Positions 22,017 through 32,000 of a stretch of 32,000 nt of DNA are shown here, piece after piece. Under the pieces are notes generated by a model. The model saw only the letters and a list, made by a program, of their open reading frames with translations, made no database searches and had not been told where the DNA came from. The translations under genes were made by a program, and so were the position numbers. Within the stretch, counting starts at the first letter, position 1. Every line of letters starts with the position of its first letter. Origin of the DNA: Wallemia ichthyophaga EXF-994 (Eukaryota; Fungi; Basidiomycota); assembly GCF_000400465.1 (NCBI RefSeq), contig NW_008806282.1:30001-62000 (forward strand). Reading direction: 5' to 3'.

Positions 22017-23549
22017 ATGGCCAGCAATGATTTTTATAAATTTATGGGAAATGGGGAAAACAAGGAGAAAATTGAGAATGAGTTGGAGTATAAGCAACAG
22101 CAGCAGCAGTATCAGCAGCAACCGCACGAGTATCAGCAGCAACCACACAACCACCAACAACACTACTTGAGCCAGGTATCGCCATTGGATAACTACTACA
22201 ACCCAGAATATACACAGGATGATATTGATCTTTTATTGACACCGTTTTTATCCCCCACACTCACACCCGCACTCACACCTTCACTCACACCTGCTCTCAC
22301 TCCCCACTCTGTCTTCTCTCAACCGCCTTTAAACACTGATGATCACATTAGCATCGCCCACACTCAAAATGATATTCATTCAGATTTATTTAGTCCTCTG
22401 ACGTCACCCGCTCTATTGCCCACACCAAACTCACCTAAGACATTCACCACACAAAACACTCACCAAAGAACCGGTTCTCATTCTGCTAGAAGAGGCGCTT
22501 CTACTGAGGCCAGGGCTAATAAGATTAGACCGTCTCCCGTTATGAAACCTCTTTCTTCGAGGTTGAGAAAATTTGATCTAGACAGCAGCAACCTGGAAAA
22601 ATCGCCCATCAACCTCGACTTAGACGCTGCTTCTATGCCGCCCCCACCAATTACCAACCAAACCAACCAATCAAATCTAGCACCGGTTACTCCAGCTTCT
22701 ATTATGAACATGTCTAGTAACAGCAATTCACAATCCTCACACACCTCCTCAAGCTCAAGCGGAACAGCCACACCGACCACACAAAACACTCTCACAGACA
22801 TGGCTAACCTCTCCCTCCACTCTGACTCAAACTACGCCAATGTCCTCACTGGCAGGAGCATCAACCCTAAAATGGCAGACTTGTTAGAATCCCAAGCGCA
22901 CGTAGCAGGTCACGATAACGCTGCCAAACGCGCTTCACACAAGGTCGCCGAGCAGAGGAGGCGAGATTCCCTCAAACACTCGTTCGACGACTTGAGAGCT
23001 TTGCTGCCACCCGTTGTCGATGACAACGATCACGATAGCGCTGGTGTCAGTGAAGGTAGACTCGACTTGCGTTTGGAGATGAAAGACATGGACTCGGCTC
23101 AGATTAATAAAGGTGTTTCTAAAGTTGTTCTCTTGAAACTCGCCAACGACTACATCACGATTCTCAACCATCGGCTCGGTAGACGTGACAATATTATCGC
23201 CAGTTTGAGAGACGAGGTGGCTGAGTTGAGAGGGGGGAGCAAATGCGGAGGTGATGGTGATGGTGGACAAGATGGTGAAGCTGGTCATGCTAGTCAAACT
23301 AATTCAGTGGATAACAACACCTTCTTGCATAACATCGACGCCGTCGAACACCACATCCAGCAGGCTGCTCTGCTCGCTATGGATGGAAACGTGCACCAAA
23401 AGAGGGAGTCTATTAGCGAGCCTCCTGCTGCCCACAAGGGCGCGTCGAGCAGAGGCAAAGGCAGGATTAGAGGCGCGAGCAAGGCTGCCAAGCAATACCT
23501 CCAACAGGCCACACAAGACAAGACTCAGACACAGACTCAACAGAAATAG
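22017..23549 (+). CDS. PHO4: bHLH transcription factor, Pho4-like
   Basis: C-terminal bHLH KRASHKVAEQRRRDSLKHSFDDLRALLP...VSKVVLLKLANDYI. The long Ser/Pro/Thr-rich N-terminus has repeated SP/TP sites (LSPTLTPALTPSLTPALTP, FSPLTSPAL). Start placed at the first in-frame ATG beyond TSR3; gene symbol by family resemblance only. Confidence 0.75.
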   Translation: MASNDFYKFMGNGENKEKIENELEYKQQQQQYQQQPHEYQQQPHNHQQHYLSQVSPLDNYYNPEYTQDDIDLLLTPFLSPTLTPALTPSLTPALTPHSVFSQPPLNTDDHISIAHTQNDIHSDLFSPLTSPALLPTPNSPKTFTTQNTHQRTGSHSARRGASTEARANKIRPSPVMKPLSSRLRKFDLDSSNLEKSPINLDLDAASMPPPPITNQTNQSNLAPVTPASIMNMSSNSNSQSSHTSSSSSGTATPTTQNTLTDMANLSLHSDSNYANVLTGRSINPKMADLLESQAHVAGHDNAAKRASHKVAEQRRRDSLKHSFDDLRALLPPVVDDNDHDSAGVSEGRLDLRLEMKDMDSAQINKGVSKVVLLKLANDYITILNHRLGRRDNIIASLRDEVAELRGGSKCGGDGDGGQDGEAGHASQTNSVDNNTFLHNIDAVEHHIQQAALLAMDGNVHQKRESISEPPAAHKGASSRGKGRIRGASKAAKQYLQQATQDKTQTQTQQK

Positions 23550-23658
23550 ATACAGTTTGTCTGGGATTATATGAATATGGATTTCCTTCATGTTTTTATC
23601 TTTTCTATTGTTGTTTTAGACTTTTTTTTGTAAACATACATGTTTTATATCTTGCATC

Positions 23659-24500
23659 ATGCGCTCATCAAGCGATATCGAGTTCCTCAAGCTGCTGCTC
23701 TCAGACTCGAATTTGCCAACAGGCGGTGTGAGTTGGGATTGATATGTTTCTATAATTTGTGCTAACATAAGCGCCAGTTCGTTGCCTCATCTGGACTGGA
23801 GTCCTTTATCGGCCATGGTCAATCGCATGGTCAGCTCACGCACACCGCCTTGATCGACTTCCTCCGTTTCAGTTGCGACAACACAGCCAGCACGACGTTG
23901 GCGTATATAAGCGGGGTGCATAGCATAATACGCGACACACCCACACCCACACCCACGCGCACACAGCTCGAGCAACTGAAGCGACTTGATGGGGTGCACG
24001 ATGCACAGATGCTCAACCACGCCGCAAAGCGCGCGAGCAAAGCGCAGGGGATGGCCATCCTTACGCTGCACGCCAAGTCCTTCGGCGGCCACGACGTCAT
24101 TCGCGATTTCCGACACGCCGTTCGGAGTGCGTCTTCCGAGGGCCATCTGGCCATTTGCTGGGGACTGATGACTGCTGTGCTTGGTATGCCCTCGCAAGAC
24201 GCTCAACATCTCCATCTTTTCCTACACGCTAGATCCCTCCTTAGTGCCGCTGTTAGACTTAATGTCCTCGGTCCGTACGCTGCGCAGAAAATCCTCCTGC
24301 ATGACGCTCGAGATATCGTTGATAGCGCCTTTCACCGCTGTTGTCATGTGCGCGTTGGTAATCTAGATTCGGTTGTTGGAGATTATGTATATGACACAGA
24401 CGATGCAGACGACCATATCGGCCCTGCTACGACTTGGCCTTTGATCGAACTTATTGGCAGCAGGCATGACTTACTCCACACACGCATTTTCAATAGCTAG
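23659..24500 (+). CDS. ureF: Urease accessory protein UreF
   Basis: LLLSDSNLPTGG|FVASSGLES across intron 23728-23777; ASKAQG.AILTL; GHLAICWG; LFLHARSLLSAAVRLNVLGPYAAQ; LIGSRHDLLHTRIFNS. Confidence 0.92.
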
Positions 24501-24563
24501 CACACAGCACGCAGCACACTCCGATCACATTGTAAAGTCAGTACAGTTATACACTTATCTATA

Positions 24564-25354
24564 TCAAAGATGGAAACTCTTCACCAACTTATTAAACCCA
24601 CTCGAGCCACTCTGTATCATAAGTTCCCTCAGTGTCTCAAATGGTGGTTGAGCTTTCCTTCTCATCCATAACTTCTGTCGCAGGACATGGTACTTCTACT
24701 TGGAGTCAGTTGGTGATCACCTATACACCCAGATACCCACTTCCTTCTGCTCGTTGGGCACCATTCTCCATCTGAAACCAGCGAGGACCATCATAGTCTG
24801 AGGTGAAATTTGGAGTAATCGTCCGGCTTGATTCTGCACGCCAGCTCATCTGCATCAGCTGAACTTAGCGATCTCATAATTCTCTCGATCAGCTGCTTCG
24901 GCTCCTCTCTGCGCCACATCTCATACTGGTGTTTGAAGTAGTAGCAGAAGCAGCCGCCCGATTCCTTCATGTTGACATACACATCTACAAACTGATCGAA
25001 CTTGACGTGAGTAGTTTGTTTACTGCGCTTGTTTATCATCTCGGACGTCTTTCCTAACATGTTGCCTTTACTAGGAATGCTAGGTTGGTATATATGTCTG
25101 TTTTGCGCTTTAGTAGCGAGTGGTGGTGCTGACATATTGACGTGCGTGCGCGTGCGGAGACTAGGCGATGTAAGCATCATTTTTGTTTGCGTAGATCGGG
25201 TATCATCTGTTTATCGTGTTAGTTGTGCGTAGTGATCATCACGCTTCGCAGTACCTCGCTTGCTAGCAGAGAGTCCTGCTCTCGCTGCAATAGGTATCTT
25301 GGGATATTCGGTGCGGATACTTTTCACGTCAAACCAGTTGACCATGCGTAACAT
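24564..25354 (-). CDS. Hypothetical protein with an HMG-box-like C-terminal segment; exon structure uncertain
   Basis: Clear introns at 25207-25254 (GTACTG..CTAAC..CAG) and 24696-24740 (GTGGGT..CTGAC..TAG). Segments CFCYYFKHQYEMWRREEPK and TMMVLAGFRWRMVPNEQKEKYHVL resemble HMG helices, but joining them needs a non-canonical intron or a frameshift near 24800-24840. The start could be 25354 or 25180. Confidence 0.4.
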
Positions 25355-25622
25355 TCTTTATGAGTATTGGGAAGGAAGTAGAAGTGTCACGTACTTTTAA
25401 GATCCCATTTAAACACCTCCTTTAGCTGTCTTTGTTGCAGGTTTAGCCCACCCTCATTGTTTTCATGCAGAAATTTGAAATTTGTTTTGTAATACTGCTT
25501 ACCCACCGGCTGTACCTTTGGAATTTGAAAATGGAAATTTTTACACCACCCTTCATCCTCACAAGATCTCAACGTTGTAATACTTAGCTTTAAAGATAAA
25601 ATCAATACAAACTTTTACAAAG

Positions 25623-28390
25623 CTAGATAAATTCGCTAGTTTTGTCCACATAGTAAGACAAAGTATGCTTGATATCTTCGACAGCCGATGAAGTCGCAAC
25701 AAAGAGCTTGAACTCTCCCGCCTCGATTACCCATCTGCTCTTAAAGTCATCGAAATAGCTAAAGGCGCGTTTGCCTAGCATTAGAGTCACTTCCTCAGAC
25801 TCGCCAGGAAGAATCAAGTTGGTTTTGGCATACGCTTTCAATTCAAGGAATGGTCGAGCGAGACGAGACTCCACGTCATTTACGTAAAGCTGGATAATCT
25901 CTCTGCCAGCGACGCTGCCTGTGTTCGTCACCTTCATCCTGATTAAGACGTCATGACTATCACTTGTCTGGTCCACACGTGCATTAGTTACGTCGAACGA
26001 GGTATAACTCAATCCTTTTCCAAATGGAAAGAGGGGTTTTTTACCAGTCGTTGCAAAGTGCCTGTATCCCACAAAGACTCCTTCAGCATAAACCACACGA
26101 CCATTCTCTCCGCCAAAGTTGAGGTGCGATGGACTGTCTCTCAACTCGACTGGCATAGTCAGTGGCAACTTTGCAGATGGGTTGAGCCTTCCGAACAGGA
26201 TATCTGCAAGTCCATTCCCAACTTCGTTCCCGCCATAAAAGGCCTGATACACACCCTTCACTTTGTCCACCCATGGTAATTCAACGGGTGTGCCGCTTTG
26301 AACAATAGCCACTGTGTTGCTATGCGCTGAAGAAATGGCATTCATAAACGCGTTGGCTGAATCGGGCAGTTTCATGTCTGGTCGATCAAAACCTTCACTT
26401 TCAAAATCATTGTTGAGACCGACAAAGCAGAGAACAAGATCAGCACCCTTGCAAGCATCTAATGCCTCCTGTAGAAACTCGTCTTGAGATTTGCTTGGAG
26501 AAATTCCAAATCGAATACCGCCCCGAGAATGAGGTGAAAGTGTACCTGCAGCCTGTGCACCTTCGCTGCTATAATAAAGCCTAGCCATTATCGAGTATTG
26601 CTTACCTTCTTCAAGCTTCTTGACAACTGTGCGCTCTTGGGAACCAGAGTTGAACCATAATGTACCTGGCTGAGGGTTGGTTGAATTGTCTACAACCCTC
26701 TCACCGTCGACGAAGAGATCAGTTTGACCAGCGCCAGCAATACCAATTTCATAGTTATCCGTCTTATTTGGAGTAAAAATCCCTGATGCTTCTGCCCAAC
26801 ACGTCAATGGGACTGTCTCAGGTCCAGGCAGATTGTCGTTGAAGAACAGGTGCGAAGAGTGCCTGTCTCCTGCTTAGAGATTACAGCAAACAATCAAGAC
26901 ATACTTACGCGTAAAGCTCGTGAAGTGGCTTCGCCTTCCCAGCGGCTGGATCGCTGCCGTAGAACTTCACGTCAACGCCAGCTCTACCATCGGCAGTCTT
27001 AAGCTCTGGGCCGAATAATGGGGTGAGCTTGTGCGCATTTCCTCCGCGCGAGTATACAACCTCAGCGCCAATCTCCTTTGCTTGCTCACGAATCGCGTCT
27101 AGCGGTGATACAGCGTATGAAGCTCTAAGAGCGGCAGATCCACCACCGGAAATGATAGCAGATTCTGCGTTTGGTCCGATCACAGATATCTTCGTAGTGC
27201 CCTTCTTGATTGGCATTACATTTTCTTCGTTTTTAAGTAGCACTACACCATTTGCTGCAGCTTCTCTGAGTGTTTGACGAAGCTCTGGTGTGTCATGAAC
27301 TTTTTCTGGTGTGGCTTCATCAATGCCACTCTTACGGACCTTGTTGATAAGCTCAAGAACCTAAGGTGGATTGTTGGTTACGTCAATAACACTACGATAA
27401 TCTTACATTTTTCACTCTAGCATCTATGTCCTCAATAAAAACCTTCTTTGCAGTTAAAGCACGCTGAAGAGCTGCCCCACGGACGACAGACGGACCAGGC
27501 ATCTCCAAATCGAGACCGGCATGCGTAGATTCTCCAGCCGAATACGTACCAAACCAATCAGACATAGTCATACCGTTCCAACCCCATTCACCGCGGAGGA
27601 TATCACCCAACAAGCGTGGGTCTTCAGAGCAGTGTAAACCGTTGACACGATTGTAAGCGGTCATTACAGACCAAGGCTTGTGTTCCGATTCCCTTAATGG
27701 AATTTCAAAAGCGCGAAGATATATTTCCCGAAGTGCTCTCTCGGATATCTCGGATGACATTGACATACGCTCAAATTCCTGATCGTTGCCAACATAGTGC
27801 TTGATTGTAGCTGCCACACCCTTATCTTGTAAACCCTTCACAAAATATTTTGCCAAAGTGCCGCTCAATTCGGGATCTTCGCTGTAGCTTTCGAATCCTC
27901 GACCGCCAAGAGGGCTTCTCTGGATGTTGATAGTGCTTGAACAAGTAGATGAGTGACGGCAAAAGCTAATCAACTGGACTCACGGGGCTAAGAGGACGTG
28001 CACGCCTGTAAATGCTCACTTAGTATTACGTCATTACGGTGGTGCTGCACCGACTAACCTTTGGCGATACATTCGTCGGCCAGAGCACTACCAACTCTCT
28101 CTAAGAGCTGATTATCAAAGCTTGCACCCAGCGCTGTCGCACCTGGAAAGCACGATGATGGTGTACCCTCAAAGAAGTCTAAAAGCCGTTAGAACTTGAC
28201 AAATAGCCTTGCGCCGCCACTAACTAATTCCTCTAACACCATTTGGTCCATCTGAAGTTCTAATAGATGGAATTCCCAGTCGAGTATTGTTAACGGTATG
28301 CCACATGTCTTTACCGGCAAGCAACTCGATCTTCTCTTTAACAGTAAGCTGCTGAAGAAGCTCTTCAACGTTTAATTCTGGTAAGGTCAT
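25623..28390 (-). CDS. Intracellular GH3 beta-glucosidase with PA14 and FnIII-like domains
   Basis: LTVKEKIELLAG; SDGPNGVRG; FESYSEDP; IKHYVGNDQE; nucleophile motif MSDWFG; ESEGFDR; YAEGVFVGYR; PLFPFGKGLSY; LKAYAK. Five short GT-AG introns and no signal peptide. Confidence 0.93.
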
Positions 28391-28528
28391 TATTTGGTAG
28401 TGATCTGGATAAATAGAAGGTGATTGTGACAAGGTAAGATAGTGCCATGATAAAAAAAAGGAAGCAAAGATTAATTTAAGATTATATTAAAGGTATAGTG
28501 GTCAACATATTGCATATTCCTGTCATAA

Positions 28529-30643
28529 TTACGTAGACTTGTCTTGACGAGATTTATATTTCATCATCATTTCCTCGACGTGTTTCTCGTCCTCCTCATC
28601 CTCCCTATTGAGATTGTCTAGATCTTCCTCTTCTATTTCTTGAAATCTTGGTTGATTCTTTGGATCTTGCATAGGGTTAGATGTCTTAATAATTCCATTG
28701 CTATTCAGTCTATCAAACGCGTCAAACAGTTTCTCCGCTTCCGCTTCCTTCAGAGGCATGTTAGTTTAGTTTCATATTTATAAACTAAGCTTACCTTCTC
28801 CTCCTCGGTCATTTCCTCTGGGCCACCTGTACGATCTTCTTCATAAGCTCCAGTAACAGGGTTCACTCCATTTTCAGCAGGATCACCAGCACCAGCACTG
28901 AGCATGCCTTTTGAAAAAAGGAATCCTGCTGCGTTTCCAAATCCAATAGTTGAAGACATCTGCGAAGGATCGCTATCGCAGAGAGCAAAGATCAATTCAC
29001 CAACAGTATTTTTGATTGTGGAGAATAGTGAGCTTGTCAAGAATCTAACAAGTACACCTAAAAGATCACCTCTCTGTTCGGCTTTCACTGATCGATCTAT
29101 ATCGTCCATACCTAGAGTCTGTCGAAGTGATCCTTTAAAGCCGCCGGCGTTACGCTGGTCTTCAACAACAAGCTTCCGCAAAAGCATGACAAGTGGCGCA
29201 AGTGTTTCCTCGAGGTTTAATCCCAAACTTGCTGCTTTGGTCTTGGCTTGAGTACTATCAATACTCTCACCACCCTCTAAACTGCTTGAGGGCCAAAATG
29301 TTGACAAAACCGTGTTGAGGAGTTCTAATAATCTACTCAAGAAAGGGAAGGTGTCCATATTATCACAGTTCAGCCTGGAAGGATCGCTCTGCGCTACCGA
29401 AGCGCGTGAAATTGTCTTAGACAATCGATTAATAGCAGCTGTAGGAGAAAAGATCGAGTTTGAATTAGGGTTGGACCAAAGCTGAGTGAATGGCTTAAAT
29501 GGGAAGCAAAGTAGGGCGTGTATTAGTTGAGGAATTGGTTGAGGCATAGGCGAAATCGTGTTGACACTATTTGTACTAGCACTTAAATCCATAAAGAGCT
29601 GAAGAGTAGGTTGTAGTAACTTGTTGAACTTTTCATCCCAATTTTCTCCTAAAATTGAATCTTGTTGAATTGTCTTGTGGTGCAGCGTGATGTTGAAGAA
29701 AAGTTTGAACATGTCTGTGATCAGTTCTTTTGACCGTATCGGTATGCTAATAGATTTTTGTGAAGGAAGAATATATGGGGTATATTGCAGTAGACGCTGG
29801 TTGATATAGCGTCAGTTGTGACAATATGATGAGCAAAAACTTTTCTTACCGCGTGTATTACATCCACGAGATTCTCCTCATGCACTAACTTGTAAACAAT
29901 TGGATGTGGCTTAAGTGTACAGAGAAAAAGACATCTCGCTGCAACAAAGTGAATATCGGAAGTATTTTGCTGTGCCTGATTAAGGGGATTTGAGAAAGGA
30001 GAGGATGGAAAAAAGCAACTAACCTTTAAAGCTTGAAATGCTAGAATTGGCGCACGCGTTTCAACGACATTAGATCTCGCTTCATCGTGGAGCAATAACG
30101 TGTTTGCAATTGTAGTCAAGACTTCCAATTGGGCTTCAGATTGACACAATGGGTCAGACGATGAAATGTAGGATGGACGATGGGATTGTAATCTGCTAGT
30201 GAGGGAGGGAGTTGATGTATTTGATTCACGAAACGACTTCCTCTCCATCACGCTCGATAAGCAATCTAATGCTTCAACAGTGGTGAGTGGTGTGGTTCCA
30301 ATGGGAGAGCGCCCTAAGACCTTTATAACTTTCAGGGCAGCAAGTACAGCTGCGTCTGGTTTAGCGAGAATCCTAAATAATGGAGCAATGGAGCTCACTC
30401 TGTAAATCCCACTTGTCAGATACACCGCCTGGCTTGAGATCTATAAGAAGCTGGCTTAAGAATGCATCCCTATCTTGAGAGCTTATCTCGCTGTATTCTT
30501 TGAAATGGTGAGATATGTAGAAATCAACGAGCGAATAACGAACCAAGAAAGCCAATGAATATTTCAGCTGACTGGAATGCTGATTTCTCAATAGGCTGCA
30601 ACGATCTGTAATGCGATGCCTGTAGGATGTGTGAGAATGCCAT
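28529..30643 (-). CDS. RIC8: Ric8/synembryn G-alpha chaperone/GEF
   Basis: IGFGNAAGFL, VNPVTG, EMTEEEKEAEAEKLFDAFDRL..NGII. Introns at 30498-30543, 30356-30398, 29976-30023, 29797-29849 and 28748-28794. The start codon (30643 or further upstream) is uncertain. Confidence 0.85.
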
Positions 30644-31111
30644 AGCGATAACAAGTAATTGAACCGACGAATCCCATATGATATCGCTGATTTAAACTTT
30701 CATGATCTCTTTTCGTCAACTCCTTCTGAAAATATCCACTGAACCTTTTCATTGCGTGGTCGACAAGCTCCTCGAATTCCAACGCAGCACATTTCGGCGG
30801 TAAAATAATTACATGATTGTGACTACAGAGAAATTATATTCTGCACGCTAGGAGTACGTGCTAAGCAGCTGTGCCCTTGCGTTTATCCACTCTCTTTACA
30901 ATGTGATCACGGAGAAACTAAGGAGTTCAAGAATGTGTTTCATATTCGTTGTAAAATGATTAGAATATACTAAAGGCCTTGCAAATAAAACCCGGTAGCC
31001 TCTCGACGACGTTCTGCTGTAGCGCACGTCAATCAGCGGATGTCGGAACGTGTCTTCTTCCAATAGGAACGCTTGCGAAACTAATAATAGCTTCATAAAA
31101 TGTTTGGACAT
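30588..31111 (-). CDS. Hypothetical protein with no recognised domain; possibly a 5' extension of RIC8
   Basis: ATG 31111 opens ORF 30896-31111. A GTAAAG..CTGTAG intron (30823-30899), or two shorter introns, joins it in frame to the open segment HNHVIILPPKCAALEFEELVDHAMKRF...AAY*. It fills the gap between photolyase and RIC8. Confidence 0.35.
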
Positions 31112-31274
31112 GTCTTATTGGTTTTGATTTTCACATGGCATGCAAAGTTTCTTAAAATCACATTGCACATTGCACCCTGATGCAGTTACAAACTTGGGAG
31201 GCTTTTAGTTGTTATTTGAATATTTCACATCTTTTCATACAAGGTTAAAGCAAGAATTGCACTCAAGCAACAGA

Positions 31275-32000
31275 TCACTTGGCCTTACGCTTGAGAAGAC
31301 TGTCACCGTAAAGCTTCTTGGCGTACTGCTCTTTCATTCTTGCCATGCATTCCTTGTTGGCTTCCTTCTCATCAATCATAGGCTCTGGATAGTCTTTCCC
31401 GATTTTCTGAAAATGTGTTAGATCGTCCTCCTACGCATGGCTCACTCACACATCCAGCCTTCTTCTGCACATCTTCAGGTGCTTCCCAAGGCTTGTAGAT
31501 ATATTTGTCCGGATATTCCTTCAGCTCTGGTACGTACTTCCTGACTAATTTGCCCGTCTTGTCATATTTGGAGGGAAAGGTCGTCATACCATAATTTCTG
31601 TAGTATTGGTGGAAAAATGCTGAACAAGATAACCACATCCAATTGCCAGCGTTGGAAGCTGGGTCTTGGTCAACCAAGTACCTATCAAATACCTCAGCAC
31701 CTCTCTCCCAGCTAATATACAATTGACCTCGGGTGAGGAAACCCGCAACACAGTGTCTGGCGAGATGGTGCATCCAGCCTTCTTGCTTGAGCTGACGCAT
31801 AGCCGCATCGACCCATGGAAATCCTGTGTTGCCATGCTTCCACTTCTCGAGAGCTTCCTCGTCCTCTTTCGATCCTTTTGGACGGGGGAAAATCTTCTCA
31901 CCATCCTCGTCATAAGCGTTGCAGAGCTTCCAGTCTATGACTCTGCATATTTTATTCCCTCTTATCTGTCCGAAAGGCTTTCCAATGCCCAGTTGAGCTG
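31275..32000 (-). CDS. (6-4) photolyase / animal-type cryptochrome, C-terminal FAD-binding part; the gene starts beyond the window
   Basis: KWKHGNTGFPWVDAAMRQLKQEGWMHHLARHCVAGFLTRGQLYISWERG..NAGNWMWLSCSAFF. Both His residues of HHLARH, associated with (6-4) repair, are present. Intron 31407-31449; stop at 31275. Confidence 0.92.

Noticed and set aside
1-32000. Search by eye for tRNA, rRNA, CRISPR arrays, transposase/RT ORFs and terminal inverted repeats
   Set aside because: None seen. Intergenic spaces are mostly under 300 bp and nearly all long ORFs are assigned to host genes. Small intronic or intergenic ncRNAs cannot be excluded without an Infernal/Rfam search.

Overview
Gene-dense eukaryotic DNA from a compact basidiomycete fungus, inferred from protein similarity and from dozens of very short GT-AG introns (mostly 42-62 nt, CTRAY-type branch points). 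The style suggests a Wallemia-like genome, but this is inference only. About 17 intron-containing or single-exon genes are recognisable: Het-C (5'-truncated), GBP2/HRB1-like RRM protein, RAM2, DUR3, PPT1/PP5, RAX2, OSH3-like OSBP, BUD31, NDUFAF2-like, ATP10, TSR3, PHO4-like bHLH, UreF, an HMG-like protein, GH3 beta-glucosidase, RIC8, and a (6-4) photolyase/cryptochrome whose 5' part lies beyond the window end. No rRNA, tRNA, CRISPR array or transposon was found. The most unusual element is an A+T-rich locus at about 2145-4145, directly downstream of Het-C. It encodes a DEAD-box-derived protein with every catalytic motif degenerate, keeps a TATA box and canonical introns, and is interrupted by in-frame stops that are all TAA. 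Other points of interest: a 40-bp head-to-head NDUFAF2/ATP10 pair, same-strand gene runs with 67-89 bp spacers, a six-site GATA cluster upstream of DUR3, an orphan gene overlapping or fused to RIC8, and candidate GC-AG introns. All gene models were spliced by hand and no database search was run.
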